Below are positions 8,819-17,497 of a stretch of 35,595 nt of DNA, piece by piece. The stretch lies in NCBI GenBank assembly GCA_947586655.1, contig CANPXR010000002.1:1-35595 (forward strand). The letters run 5' to 3'. Position numbers and translations under genes: made by a program. Within the stretch, counting starts at the first letter, position 1, and each line of letters opens with the position of its first letter. The notes under the pieces were generated by a model. That model was not told where the DNA came from, did not search any database, and saw nothing but the letters and a program-made list of their open reading frames with translations. This DNA is from an uncultured Bacilli bacterium (GTDB taxonomy: Bacteria > Bacillota_I > Bacilli_A > RF39 > UBA660).

Positions 8819-10351
8819 TTATTTATTCCTTTTAATAAAGTTTATTATTTTATTATACAAATGCCATGATCTACTATAACTTAAAGCATTATACTTATCA
8901 CAAGTTTCATAAAAACTAACTTTTTTATTGCCGGTTTCATTACTTTCTTTGTTGTTGATAACCGCTACTTGATAACATAAGCTCGCAATAGAATCACTAG
9001 GTAAATTTTCTTTTAACGCACTTTTCAAAACTTCTTTCATCTCATAATCAGTAATAGTATATTTATTTTTCTTATACTTATTTAAAACAATGTTTCCGCC
9101 ATGAAAGGCCTTTATGTACATTAAAAACTTATCATTTGTATCACTTATTTTTATTCCATAATTCTTAATTATAATACTATTATAATCAAGGTTAATAAAC
9201 TTAGAATACTTATCTAAACCAACTATGTTTTCATCTTCTAACAAGTAATTTGCTATTATTGATGCATCTGATACTTCTAGTATCTTCATCATTTTTTCAA
9301 AATCCATAACATCATTTTCTAAATAAATATATTTATACTCTATTGCTTTAACTTTTTCTTCCTGTGAAAAATATTTAAATCCATTTAATTTTTTATTATA
9401 GGTTCCTATTTCTACTATTTTTGTATCAACCTTTTTTGATATGTTTTGTATTTCCTTTATTCCTTTTTTTTCAGCATCTACTAACCAAAGAAGTTTATGA
9501 TTATTATTAGTTTTATAATCAGATAATATTTCATTCATTTTTTCTTTTACGTAACAAGCTGCCTTTATGTAATTAGAATTATACCTTAATTTTTTCTCAA
9601 GATTGTCTAAGAATAAATACTCAGAACCCTCATACATAATCTTTGTTTTTAAATCAATTTTAGAAACAAGATCCATATAAAATTGATTACCTTCAGTAAT
9701 AACTTTCTCACTTACGTTACTTACTTGTTTAGCATGAGCCCTTGATGATGCCAAAATTTCTTTCATGTGAATAAACTTATATTTTTTCATCATTTTAATC
9801 CATAAGTCATAATCTTGAACACACCTTAAGTTTTCATCAAATATAGAGCAATCTAAAAATGCTTTTTTAGGAATAAGAAGTGTAATACCATTAATATCCA
9901 TGTTTATTATTGAATTTAAGGGCTTTAACATGTATTCGTCATGATCTAAGATAACGTTTTTTATAAAATTATTATTTTCATCAATAACTTTATAATTAGA
10001 ATATAAAATAGTATTTTCATCATACTTCTTTAATTCGTTAATCTGTTTTAAAACCTTATCAGGTTCGTATAAATCATCATGACTAAGCCATGAAAAATAC
10101 TCTCCAGTCATGCTTTTAATACCCATGTTTAAAGCAGAAGATACGCCATTATTTTCCTTTTCAATATACTTTATTTTATTACCATAGGATAAAGCTATAT
10201 TTTTTGTTTTACCGCCATCATTAGAGCCATCATTAACTACTAAAACTTCAATATTATTATAAGTTTGATTAAGGGCACTATCAATGGCTTGTTTTAAATA
10301 ATTAGAACCATTATATACTGGAATTATTATGGACACTTTGAGATTTTTCAT
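8819..10351 (-). CDS. GT2 glycosyltransferase with ~280-aa C-terminal extension of unknown function
   Basis: KVSIIIPVYNGSNYLKQAIDSALNQTYNNIEVLVVNDGSNDGG...GEYFSWLSHDDLY. Paralogous to the N-terminal domains of 12336-14153 and 16357-17430. Its C-terminal YSRSWHLYNK resembles the SKSWKITKPLRW tail of 12336-14153. Confidence 0.8.
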   Translation of the reverse strand: MKNLKVSIIIPVYNGSNYLKQAIDSALNQTYNNIEVLVVNDGSNDGGKTKNIALSYGNKIKYIEKENNGVSSALNMGIKSMTGEYFSWLSHDDLYEPDKVLKQINELKKYDENTILYSNYKVIDENNNFIKNVILDHDEYMLKPLNSIINMDINGITLLIPKKAFLDCSIFDENLRCVQDYDLWIKMMKKYKFIHMKEILASSRAHAKQVSNVSEKVITEGNQFYMDLVSKIDLKTKIMYEGSEYLFLDNLEKKLRYNSNYIKAACYVKEKMNEILSDYKTNNNHKLLWLVDAEKKGIKEIQNISKKVDTKIVEIGTYNKKLNGFKYFSQEEKVKAIEYKYIYLENDVMDFEKMMKILEVSDASIIANYLLEDENIVGLDKYSKFINLDYNSIIIKNYGIKISDTNDKFLMYIKAFHGGNIVLNKYKKNKYTITDYEMKEVLKSALKENLPSDSIASLCYQVAVINNKESNETGNKKVSFYETCDKYNALSYSRSWHLYNKIINFIKRNK

Positions 10352-10431
10352 GTTTATCTACCTTCCTTATGAGCTAATCACCATACCAAGTAATTTTTTT
10401 CTTTATAATCATTTATTTAAACCAATTATAC

Positions 10432-10464
10432 AATAAAAAAAAAGGTATATCAACATACCTTTTT
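10432..10464 (-). terminator. Intra-locus rho-independent terminator + extended -10-like motif
   Basis: Minus strand reads AAAGGTATGTTGATATACCTTT followed by a T9 run, then ATTGTATAATTGG. The stem overlaps the stop codon of 10463-12334. Confidence 0.65.
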
Positions 10465-12334
10465 ACTCAACAAACTCAAGAATTGCATACGAGTCACTTT
10501 TTACTACCTTATACAACTGATTATCTTTTATATCACCATTTATAAATAATTTATTATATTGCTCTATAAATTGTTCATCAATATCAAATAAATAAACATA
10601 GTCATAATCTTTTATTAATTCTTGACGCCATGTATCACTTGTTTTATAAACGGTCCAAATATCTTCTTTAGAATAAGGTACTCCTATACTCCAAGCAAAA
10701 TTTTTATTCATTTTATAAGGCGTCAGTTCGTATTTTGCTATGTAATAATCTATTCCATTATCATTAGTAGATATGAAATATAAATAATCATTTTTCTTTA
10801 TGTACTTTTTAGATTTTTTACGAAACTCTTTATATGGTTCCCTAACATCTTTTGTTATATTAGAGTTTGCGGATGCAAAAACCGTTAAATTTAAAAACGT
10901 ACTAAAGCTAAAGTTTATGGTAAAGAACGCTAATAATAGCATTGTAAACACACCAAGATTTTTTTCATTTGAATGTGTGCAATCAACATAAAGGGCTATT
11001 ACTATGTATAATAATCCAAGCGCATAAGTTCCCATGTACCTAGTAAATGATGCTAGTCTAGCAGCTTCATACTCACTAAATATTGCTAAGTATGCTACTA
11101 ATAGTAAACCCGCGTAAGCTATTGCGCCCAATATACTAAATATAACTAAAACTTTATTAGTATTTTTACTTTCCTTTTTCGTATTTCGAATCAAAAAATA
11201 TCCAATTATGATTGTTATTATTAGAATAGTAACGTAAGATAGCGGAATAAAGGTACTTGTTAAGCTAGTATTAAAGGTAGCATCCGCAAAAGATGTTATA
11301 ACACCAGTTTGATAATCCATAAGGTTTAAAGTTATTAAATTTTTAACCGTGTTAATTATACTAGACCCACTACTTGAGCTATTAACGTTATTTAATGTTA
11401 ACGTAATAATCCAAACTATTTTAATTAAAAGAGCTGGAAGGATAGTTATAAATAACAAATAATTATCCTTTATGATATTTTTAATGTTAAATGTATTTCT
11501 AATAAACATGTTATCAATTAATATGATAGCAAAGGCTATTAGCATTAATACCAATCCAAAATCCTTTATTAAAATAAGCATCGAAAATGAAGCAATTAAA
11601 TTAATTATATCAAACTTATCTAGGCTTTTTTTACGATTAGAAAAATATGAATATAAACTATAGGCAAAAGCTAAACCTAAAACCGCATCAACGTATAACG
11701 TTTGATATACGGTAGGATAAAAGAACGTTGGAAGAAAAAGCAAGATGAAATATAAAACATAACTTAAAAAATTATTTTTCTTTTTGAAAGTTTTAAAGAT
11801 AGGAACAATAAGTGATATTATAATTAAATCCATCCCTACATAAAGCATTGATTCTCTAAATTCTCCGCATAGTTTTGTACAGAAATATTGAAATAAAGAA
11901 GTTCCAGAAAGATAAGTTTTTATCATAACCGTTGAGTCGCTACCCAAACCTAAATTTCCTAATCCATACATGTTTTTTACAACTAAAGCCCAATGCGAAA
12001 ACTCATCCCATGAATTAGCCAATTTACCAAATGACTGCCATACTATAATTAAATAACTAATTATAAATAAGATTAATCCAGTCGTTAAAACATTTTTATT
12101 CAAATCAATTTTTCTTTTAATAAATGAGTATACATTAATTATAAACAAAATCCAATTTAATATTAAAATAGTAATAAATCCAACATTTAATATAGAAAAA
12201 ACACCAAAAACAAACAAAATAAATATATATGAAAATATACTTAAGAATATTGTTTGTTCTATTTTCTTATTAAAAATAGTTGAATAAAATAATGACGTAT
12301 TTAATAATAAAAATATTAATAAAATATATTCCAT
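10463..12334 (-). CDS. Polytopic membrane protein (>10 TM) with C-terminal soluble domain; candidate GT-C-type extracytoplasmic glycosyltransferase; paralog of 20234-22111
   Basis: 623 aa. Shares SLFQYFCTKLCGEFRE (versus QLFQYFCMKILGNFQE in the paralog), the same topology and a C-terminal YDYVYLF-type domain. The family assignment is an inference. Confidence 0.45.
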   Translation of the reverse strand: MEYILLIFLLLNTSLFYSTIFNKKIEQTIFLSIFSYIFILFVFGVFSILNVGFITILILNWILFIINVYSFIKRKIDLNKNVLTTGLILFIISYLIIVWQSFGKLANSWDEFSHWALVVKNMYGLGNLGLGSDSTVMIKTYLSGTSLFQYFCTKLCGEFRESMLYVGMDLIIISLIVPIFKTFKKKNNFLSYVLYFILLFLPTFFYPTVYQTLYVDAVLGLAFAYSLYSYFSNRKKSLDKFDIINLIASFSMLILIKDFGLVLMLIAFAIILIDNMFIRNTFNIKNIIKDNYLLFITILPALLIKIVWIITLTLNNVNSSSSGSSIINTVKNLITLNLMDYQTGVITSFADATFNTSLTSTFIPLSYVTILIITIIIGYFLIRNTKKESKNTNKVLVIFSILGAIAYAGLLLVAYLAIFSEYEAARLASFTRYMGTYALGLLYIVIALYVDCTHSNEKNLGVFTMLLLAFFTINFSFSTFLNLTVFASANSNITKDVREPYKEFRKKSKKYIKKNDYLYFISTNDNGIDYYIAKYELTPYKMNKNFAWSIGVPYSKEDIWTVYKTSDTWRQELIKDYDYVYLFDIDEQFIEQYNKLFINGDIKDNQLYKVVKSDSYAILEFVE

Positions 12335-12335
12335 G

Positions 12336-14153
12336 TTATTTTCCTACCTTATTCTTTATTTTTTTTAATACTTTTTGGACGGTTACCTTAATTCCATTAG
12401 TTTTAAGAGAATAAATAAATAAACTAAACCATCTTAAAGGCTTTGTTATTTTCCATGATTTACTATTCAACATTGCCTGGCAGTTAGGACACGTAACAAA
12501 AGAAGTATTCAAACTTAATTTATTAGAACTACTAAGTTCACTAACAAAATTCACGTAATAACTTGCAAGAATTGCTGTTTCATAATCATACTTTTGTAAC
12601 TCAGGCTCATTTAAGACAAATTTTAAAATTGTCTTCATTCCAATTACCTGCTTTTTAGAATCATATGCTGAACTTTTTTCATTAGAATATACCGTCGATA
12701 ATGGAATATCTATCCCTAATAAGTTTTGATGCATTAAAATAGTAATCCAAAAACAAGTATCTTCTCCAATTACTAACTCTGGGTTAAACCTAAAGTTATT
12801 TTTATTTAAAAATTCTTTTTTTATCATAACCGTTGGGGTTGCAATTTGACAAGACCAAATGAGAGTTGGAATCATGTTACCCGTTTGCTTTCCACTATTA
12901 AATAATACCGTTTTATTAAAACCTTTTCTATAATACGACGTATGACTTACTAAAGATTTTGCTGCCACCATTTTTAAAAGCTGAATTTCTAACTTTTTTG
13001 GTTCAAAAACATCATCAGAGTCTAAAAAAGCAACGTAACTACCAGTAGCATTATCAATTCCTACGTTTCTAGCATTTGCCGCACCTTTATTTGGTTTGAC
13101 ATTTATTAATTTTATTTTTTTATTTTCTTTAGCTATTTTTTTTACTTCAGTAATATCGTCAGTAGAACCATCATTAATAACTAAAATTTCATAATTTTTA
13201 TGAGTTTGCTTTAACACTGATTTAATTGCTCTTATAACAATTTTACTTCTATTATAAAAAGGAATTATTACGGAAACTTTTATATCTTTAATAGAAGGTT
13301 CTATATCCTTTTCTATTTTTTGATACTTTTTCTTGCAGTGTTCTTCTGCAATATGATACGGAGTATCTTTTAAAAATTGTTCCATTTGAAAATAATAATT
13401 ATATTCACTACCCTCTAATTTTATTTTGGTTTTTAATGGTATGTCATCAATCATTTTTATCCAAAAAGAATTCCCTTCCGTTTCAACCCTAGGATTAGTA
13501 TTGCTTACTTGCTTATTATGATACCTAGACTTTGCTAAAACCTTAGGTATATGAATGAAAGAATACCCTTTCTTCATCATTTTATACCACAAATCATAAT
13601 CCTGTGCACACCTTAATGATTCATCAAAATCTCCGCACTCTTCAAAGGCTATTTTAGGAATTAACAAAGTTATACCATTTACCGTACCTCTTAAGAGTGC
13701 GTACTCTGGCTTTTCTTCTAGCATTTTATGGTCTTTTATTGCTTTTGATATTAATTTTCCTTCTACATCTATTAAATCATAATCAGAATATAATATAACT
13801 TTTTTTCCAAGTAATTTATTATCAATCAAGTAATTAATTTCTTCTTCTACTTTTTCAGGATAATATACGTCATCATGACTAAGCCATGAGAAATATTCTC
13901 CATTCATTTCTTTTAAAGCTAAGTTAAGAACCGTTGATACTCCACCATTTTCTTTTTTTATGTACCTTATTTTATTTCCATAAGATTTTGCAATTTTATC
14001 GGTTGCACCATGGTCAGGACTACCATCATTAATTACTAATATTTCTATGTTACTATAAGTTTGATTAAGAGCGCTGTCGATCGCTTCTTTCATGTATTTT
14101 TTACCCTTGTACACAGGAATTATTATTGTTACTTTTGGCTTTTTAATGTTCAC
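12336..14153 (-). CDS. Bifunctional glycosyltransferase with two GT2 domains
   Basis: Domain 1: KVTIIIPVYKGKKYMKEAIDSALNQTYSNIEILVINDGSPD...GEYFSWLSHDDVY. Domain 2: KVSVIIPFYNRSKIVIRAIKSVLKQTHKNYEILVINDGSTDD...AFLDSDDVF. C-terminal tail SKSWKITKPLRWF. Confidence 0.85.
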   Translation of the reverse strand: MNIKKPKVTIIIPVYKGKKYMKEAIDSALNQTYSNIEILVINDGSPDHGATDKIAKSYGNKIRYIKKENGGVSTVLNLALKEMNGEYFSWLSHDDVYYPEKVEEEINYLIDNKLLGKKVILYSDYDLIDVEGKLISKAIKDHKMLEEKPEYALLRGTVNGITLLIPKIAFEECGDFDESLRCAQDYDLWYKMMKKGYSFIHIPKVLAKSRYHNKQVSNTNPRVETEGNSFWIKMIDDIPLKTKIKLEGSEYNYYFQMEQFLKDTPYHIAEEHCKKKYQKIEKDIEPSIKDIKVSVIIPFYNRSKIVIRAIKSVLKQTHKNYEILVINDGSTDDITEVKKIAKENKKIKLINVKPNKGAANARNVGIDNATGSYVAFLDSDDVFEPKKLEIQLLKMVAAKSLVSHTSYYRKGFNKTVLFNSGKQTGNMIPTLIWSCQIATPTVMIKKEFLNKNNFRFNPELVIGEDTCFWITILMHQNLLGIDIPLSTVYSNEKSSAYDSKKQVIGMKTILKFVLNEPELQKYDYETAILASYYVNFVSELSSSNKLSLNTSFVTCPNCQAMLNSKSWKITKPLRWFSLFIYSLKTNGIKVTVQKVLKKIKNKVGK

Positions 14154-14893
14154 CTTTCATCACTCTCTTTACGACTTTTTAATATGTTCTCAACCCTAAT
14201 TAGATCCTTAGGAGTATCTACAGACATTGAATCAGAATCAACCTTAACTACTTTTACACTTTTTTTATTTTCAATAAATCTTAACATTTCTAATCCCTCA
14301 GCCAATTCTATATTACCCGGCTTAGTTTTTATAAAAAAGTTAAGGGCTTTTTTAGTATAGGCATATAATCCAATATTTTTATAAAAATTATATGATAAAA
14401 TTTCTTTAGGGTAAGGAATTGGAGATCTAGACATAAAAATCAAATCATCATTATCGTTTATTGCTAACTTTATAGTTGTACTATTAACGACATCTATAGG
14501 ATTTTTAAATTTTGTTGCGAGCATACAAGTAGATATTTTATTATCATTTAACATAGCATTTATAACTAGTGATACTTCCTCTGGTTTTATAAGAGGTTCA
14601 TCTCCCATTAAAACAGCATAAATATCTCCTTTTATTTTTCTTGAAACTTCACCAACTCGATCTGTACCAGTTAAATGCTTATCGGATGTCATTATAACAT
14701 TTATCCCTAGTTCATTACATTTTTTTACAATCAAATCACTTTCTGTTGCAACATACACCTCATCAAGTTCCTTTACTTTTTTTGCATTATTATATACCCA
14801 CCATATCATTGGTTTTCCTAAAATATTCATTAGTGGTTTTCCAAGAAACCTAGAAGATTTATATCTTGCTGGAATTATTCCTATTATTTTCAT
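14150..14893 (-). CDS. kdsB: KdsB-type cytidylyltransferase (CMP-Kdo synthetase family, CTP_transf_3)
   Basis: IIPARYKSSRFLGKPLMNILGKPMIWWV, HLTGTDRVGEV, MGDEPLI, MSRSPIPY and GLYAY match the E. coli KdsB blocks IIPARYASTRLPGKPL..INGKPMI, HQSGTERLAEV, QGDEP.I, FSRATIP and GIYGY. NeuA/PseF-type enzymes have PARGGSK instead. Confidence 0.75.
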   Translation of the reverse strand: MKIIGIIPARYKSSRFLGKPLMNILGKPMIWWVYNNAKKVKELDEVYVATESDLIVKKCNELGINVIMTSDKHLTGTDRVGEVSRKIKGDIYAVLMGDEPLIKPEEVSLVINAMLNDNKISTCMLATKFKNPIDVVNSTTIKLAINDNDDLIFMSRSPIPYPKEILSYNFYKNIGLYAYTKKALNFFIKTKPGNIELAEGLEMLRFIENKKSVKVVKVDSDSMSVDTPKDLIRVENILKSRKESDER

Positions 14894-14894
14894 A

Positions 14895-16226
14895 TTACTT
14901 ACTTCCTTTCACTCCAAGAATTTTATGTTTTAGATTCCTAATACGATTTATAAATTTATTAATAATATTAAAGTTTTTCGTGTTTTCATCACCTTTTATA
15001 TATTTTTGCTCAATTTCTGTTAACCTATTAGATAATAGTTTTTCCCTTTGTTGTAACAAAGTAATTTCATCTTCTAAGTGCTGTTTAATAGCTACGTTTT
15101 CATAATATATACTTAACATTCCACTAGCGAGTTTTTGTGAAAGTTCGATGTCATAAACTTTAGAATGAAACTTCTTATTTTTATCTAACAACTCTGAAAA
15201 ACCAATTTTCTCACCAAAGAAAAATTTAGTTCTTAAAGGGTTAATCATACTATTAACCGAACTGCAAAACCCTCCAATTAATAAATTCTTATTATCCCAT
15301 AATAATGGTTCTAACGGAGTTTTTTCAGGAATTATTGCTATATTATGATTTTTTAAGTAATCTTCTAAATATTTATTATCAGAAACTGGAAATAAAGGGT
15401 GTGCCTTAAATATAAATGTGTAATCTTCACCATAATCGCGTAAGACTTGATTAATCAAATTTTCATATATTATTGACGTAAGATGTTTAGTGCCAAAATC
15501 ATAAGTGCCAATAATAATTATATAATTATTATTAAGATTGGATACAATCTTAATGTCCCCGAATATACATTTTTTATATTTATCAGATAATTTAGAGTAC
15601 ATTTCCTCTATATTTAAATTTTTTAAATTCATTTCATTTTTGTATTCAGCGGATACATTTTTATTATATAGCAAATTTATAAAAGGAATTAAATATTCTA
15701 CATTTTTTTGAGTAGACAACCAAAAACAATAATTCTCTATTTTCAATAAATCATTGTCGTTATTTCCGTTTTTTATACCATTAATTAAATTTTCCCATCT
15801 AGATTTTTGATAATTTTTATCATCTTTTTTTATGTCATTATACATATACTGTGAAATATTTCCTTCACTTAACAAAATAATATTATTTATATCTTTAATT
15901 GAATTAGATAAAATAAATGGTTTTAAATAGAATTGTACCCTACTATCATCAATAAAAATATTAAATTTAGCTTTTTTATCATTTTTCTTTATTTCCTCTA
16001 TATTTAATTTTATATTATCGCATGTATTTTTTAAAAATTCAGTATCAAATCCTTTTGTTTGATAATAAAGTTTTAAATTTTTAGGACAATATTTACTATT
16101 TATATCGAAAAAATTATCTCTATAATACCAAATATAGCTAGGAGTATTATCTAAAAATACGTTTATTTGTGCATACATAGTTGGAACACTACCAAACACA
16201 ATGTAAAAATTATAGTTATTTGCCAT
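14895..16226 (-). CDS. Putative ulosonic-acid (sialyl-/Kdo-type) transferase-like protein with C-terminal coiled coil
   Basis: ~443 aa. Contains ..LLSEGNIS.. and ..FIFKAHPLFP.. about 155 residues apart, resembling the D/E-D/E-G and HP motifs of bacterial sialyl-/polysialyl-/beta-Kdo transferases. The C-terminal HLEDEITLLQQREKLLSNRLTEIEQKY is coiled-coil-like. It lies immediately upstream of the kdsB-type gene. I set the start at the ATG at 16226 (AAGGAG 8 nt upstream). The call is weak. Confidence 0.35.
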   Translation of the reverse strand: MANNYNFYIVFGSVPTMYAQINVFLDNTPSYIWYYRDNFFDINSKYCPKNLKLYYQTKGFDTEFLKNTCDNIKLNIEEIKKNDKKAKFNIFIDDSRVQFYLKPFILSNSIKDINNIILLSEGNISQYMYNDIKKDDKNYQKSRWENLINGIKNGNNDNDLLKIENYCFWLSTQKNVEYLIPFINLLYNKNVSAEYKNEMNLKNLNIEEMYSKLSDKYKKCIFGDIKIVSNLNNNYIIIIGTYDFGTKHLTSIIYENLINQVLRDYGEDYTFIFKAHPLFPVSDNKYLEDYLKNHNIAIIPEKTPLEPLLWDNKNLLIGGFCSSVNSMINPLRTKFFFGEKIGFSELLDKNKKFHSKVYDIELSQKLASGMLSIYYENVAIKQHLEDEITLLQQREKLLSNRLTEIEQKYIKGDENTKNFNIINKFINRIRNLKHKILGVKGSK

Positions 16227-16356
16227 TTTCACGTCTCCTTACTTAAATCTATTAATAAATAATTTAATTACCTAGTACCTTACGTTTCTCAAAATATTTT
16301 CAGAATTTTCTTAAATAAAACAAATTATATACATTTCAACTATTTTTATTAAACTC

Positions 16357-17430
16357 TTATTTTTTTGTCCTTAAAGCTTTCATTTTTTCTTCCATATAAA
16401 CATTATTATTATTTTTATAAAAGTTTTCCATAACCGAATAAAATGAAGCCTCATTACTTTCTAATCTATTAATAACTTCTTTAGAAAGATTTTTTATTAT
16501 TTCTAAATTTTTTTCATCAGTTTCTATTTTTATTTTTGGATTAGTATTAGTAACTTGCTTTGAATGACTCCTTATTATAGCGGTATCATATGGTATGTTA
16601 ATAAATTTATATTCTTTTATCAACCTGGCCCACATATCTCTTTCTTGGGTAATCCTTTGAGTTTCGGAAAACAATCCGTACTTATCAAACGCTATTTTTG
16701 GTATTAATACTGAACCTCCATTTATTTCACCTTGAAGAAGTGTATATTCATTTTTTAAAACAGATGTCTTATAATCAAAGCAATGTAACTCAGCAATTAT
16801 TGTTTCATTAACCTTAAGTGTACCATTTTCATCTACTATTTTAAAAGATGAAAAAGGAATACATTTATCATTTCCTTCTATAGATATAAAGTCTACTAAA
16901 TTTTGAATATGAGTTGGCGCAATCAAATCATCATGACTAAGCCAAGCAAAATATTCACCTTTCATCTTTGAAATACCATAATTAAGTGCAGAGGACACGC
17001 CCCCATTTTCCTTTTCATAGTATCTTATTTTCTTTTTAAAACCATCTGCTACTTTTTTCGTTAGTCCGTTATCATTTGATCCATCATTAACCACGATTAC
17101 TTCTATGTTTTTGTAAGTTTGCTTTAAGGCACTTTCAATTGCTTCTTTAAGATAATTACTTCCGTTATAAACTGGAATTATTATCGATACTAAAGGATTA
17201 AAATTTTTCTTTTTCTTTTTACTATTAAAATACATATCATATAAAAGTTGATTCGTATAATTATTAAATTCACAAACTTTACACTCTAAGGCCTTATAAG
17301 TTGCGAACAAATCTCTTTCAACCATATAATTTTTATTTATAACCTCACTAAGTTCTTCCCCACTTACTAAATCTAATTTTTTAAAAATTTTCTTTAAGAA
17401 CCTTTTTATCAACTTTTTCAAAATTATCAC
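16357..17430 (-). CDS. GT2 glycosyltransferase (third member of the GEYF[SA]WLSHDD paralog set)
   Basis: VSIIIPVYNGSNYLKEAIESALKQTYKNIEVIVVNDGSNDNG...GEYFAWLSHDDL. The true start is uncertain, since the ~80-aa N-terminal extension has no clear SD. Confidence 0.8.
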   Translation of the reverse strand: MIILKKLIKRFLKKIFKKLDLVSGEELSEVINKNYMVERDLFATYKALECKVCEFNNYTNQLLYDMYFNSKKKKKNFNPLVSIIIPVYNGSNYLKEAIESALKQTYKNIEVIVVNDGSNDNGLTKKVADGFKKKIRYYEKENGGVSSALNYGISKMKGEYFAWLSHDDLIAPTHIQNLVDFISIEGNDKCIPFSSFKIVDENGTLKVNETIIAELHCFDYKTSVLKNEYTLLQGEINGGSVLIPKIAFDKYGLFSETQRITQERDMWARLIKEYKFINIPYDTAIIRSHSKQVTNTNPKIKIETDEKNLEIIKNLSKEVINRLESNEASFYSVMENFYKNNNNVYMEEKMKALRTKK

Positions 17431-17470
17431 CTAAAATAATTATATAATATATGAGTTTTTTATTCAAGAC

Positions 17471-17497
17471 AAATAAAAACAGCAAATTATTGCTGTT
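17471..17497 (-). terminator. Rho-independent terminator after the capG-like gene
   Basis: Minus strand reads AACAGCAATAATTTGCTGTT + TTTATTTG, and the stem includes the stop codon. It is followed by TTGAAT-17 nt-TATAAT (17467-17439). Confidence 0.6.
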
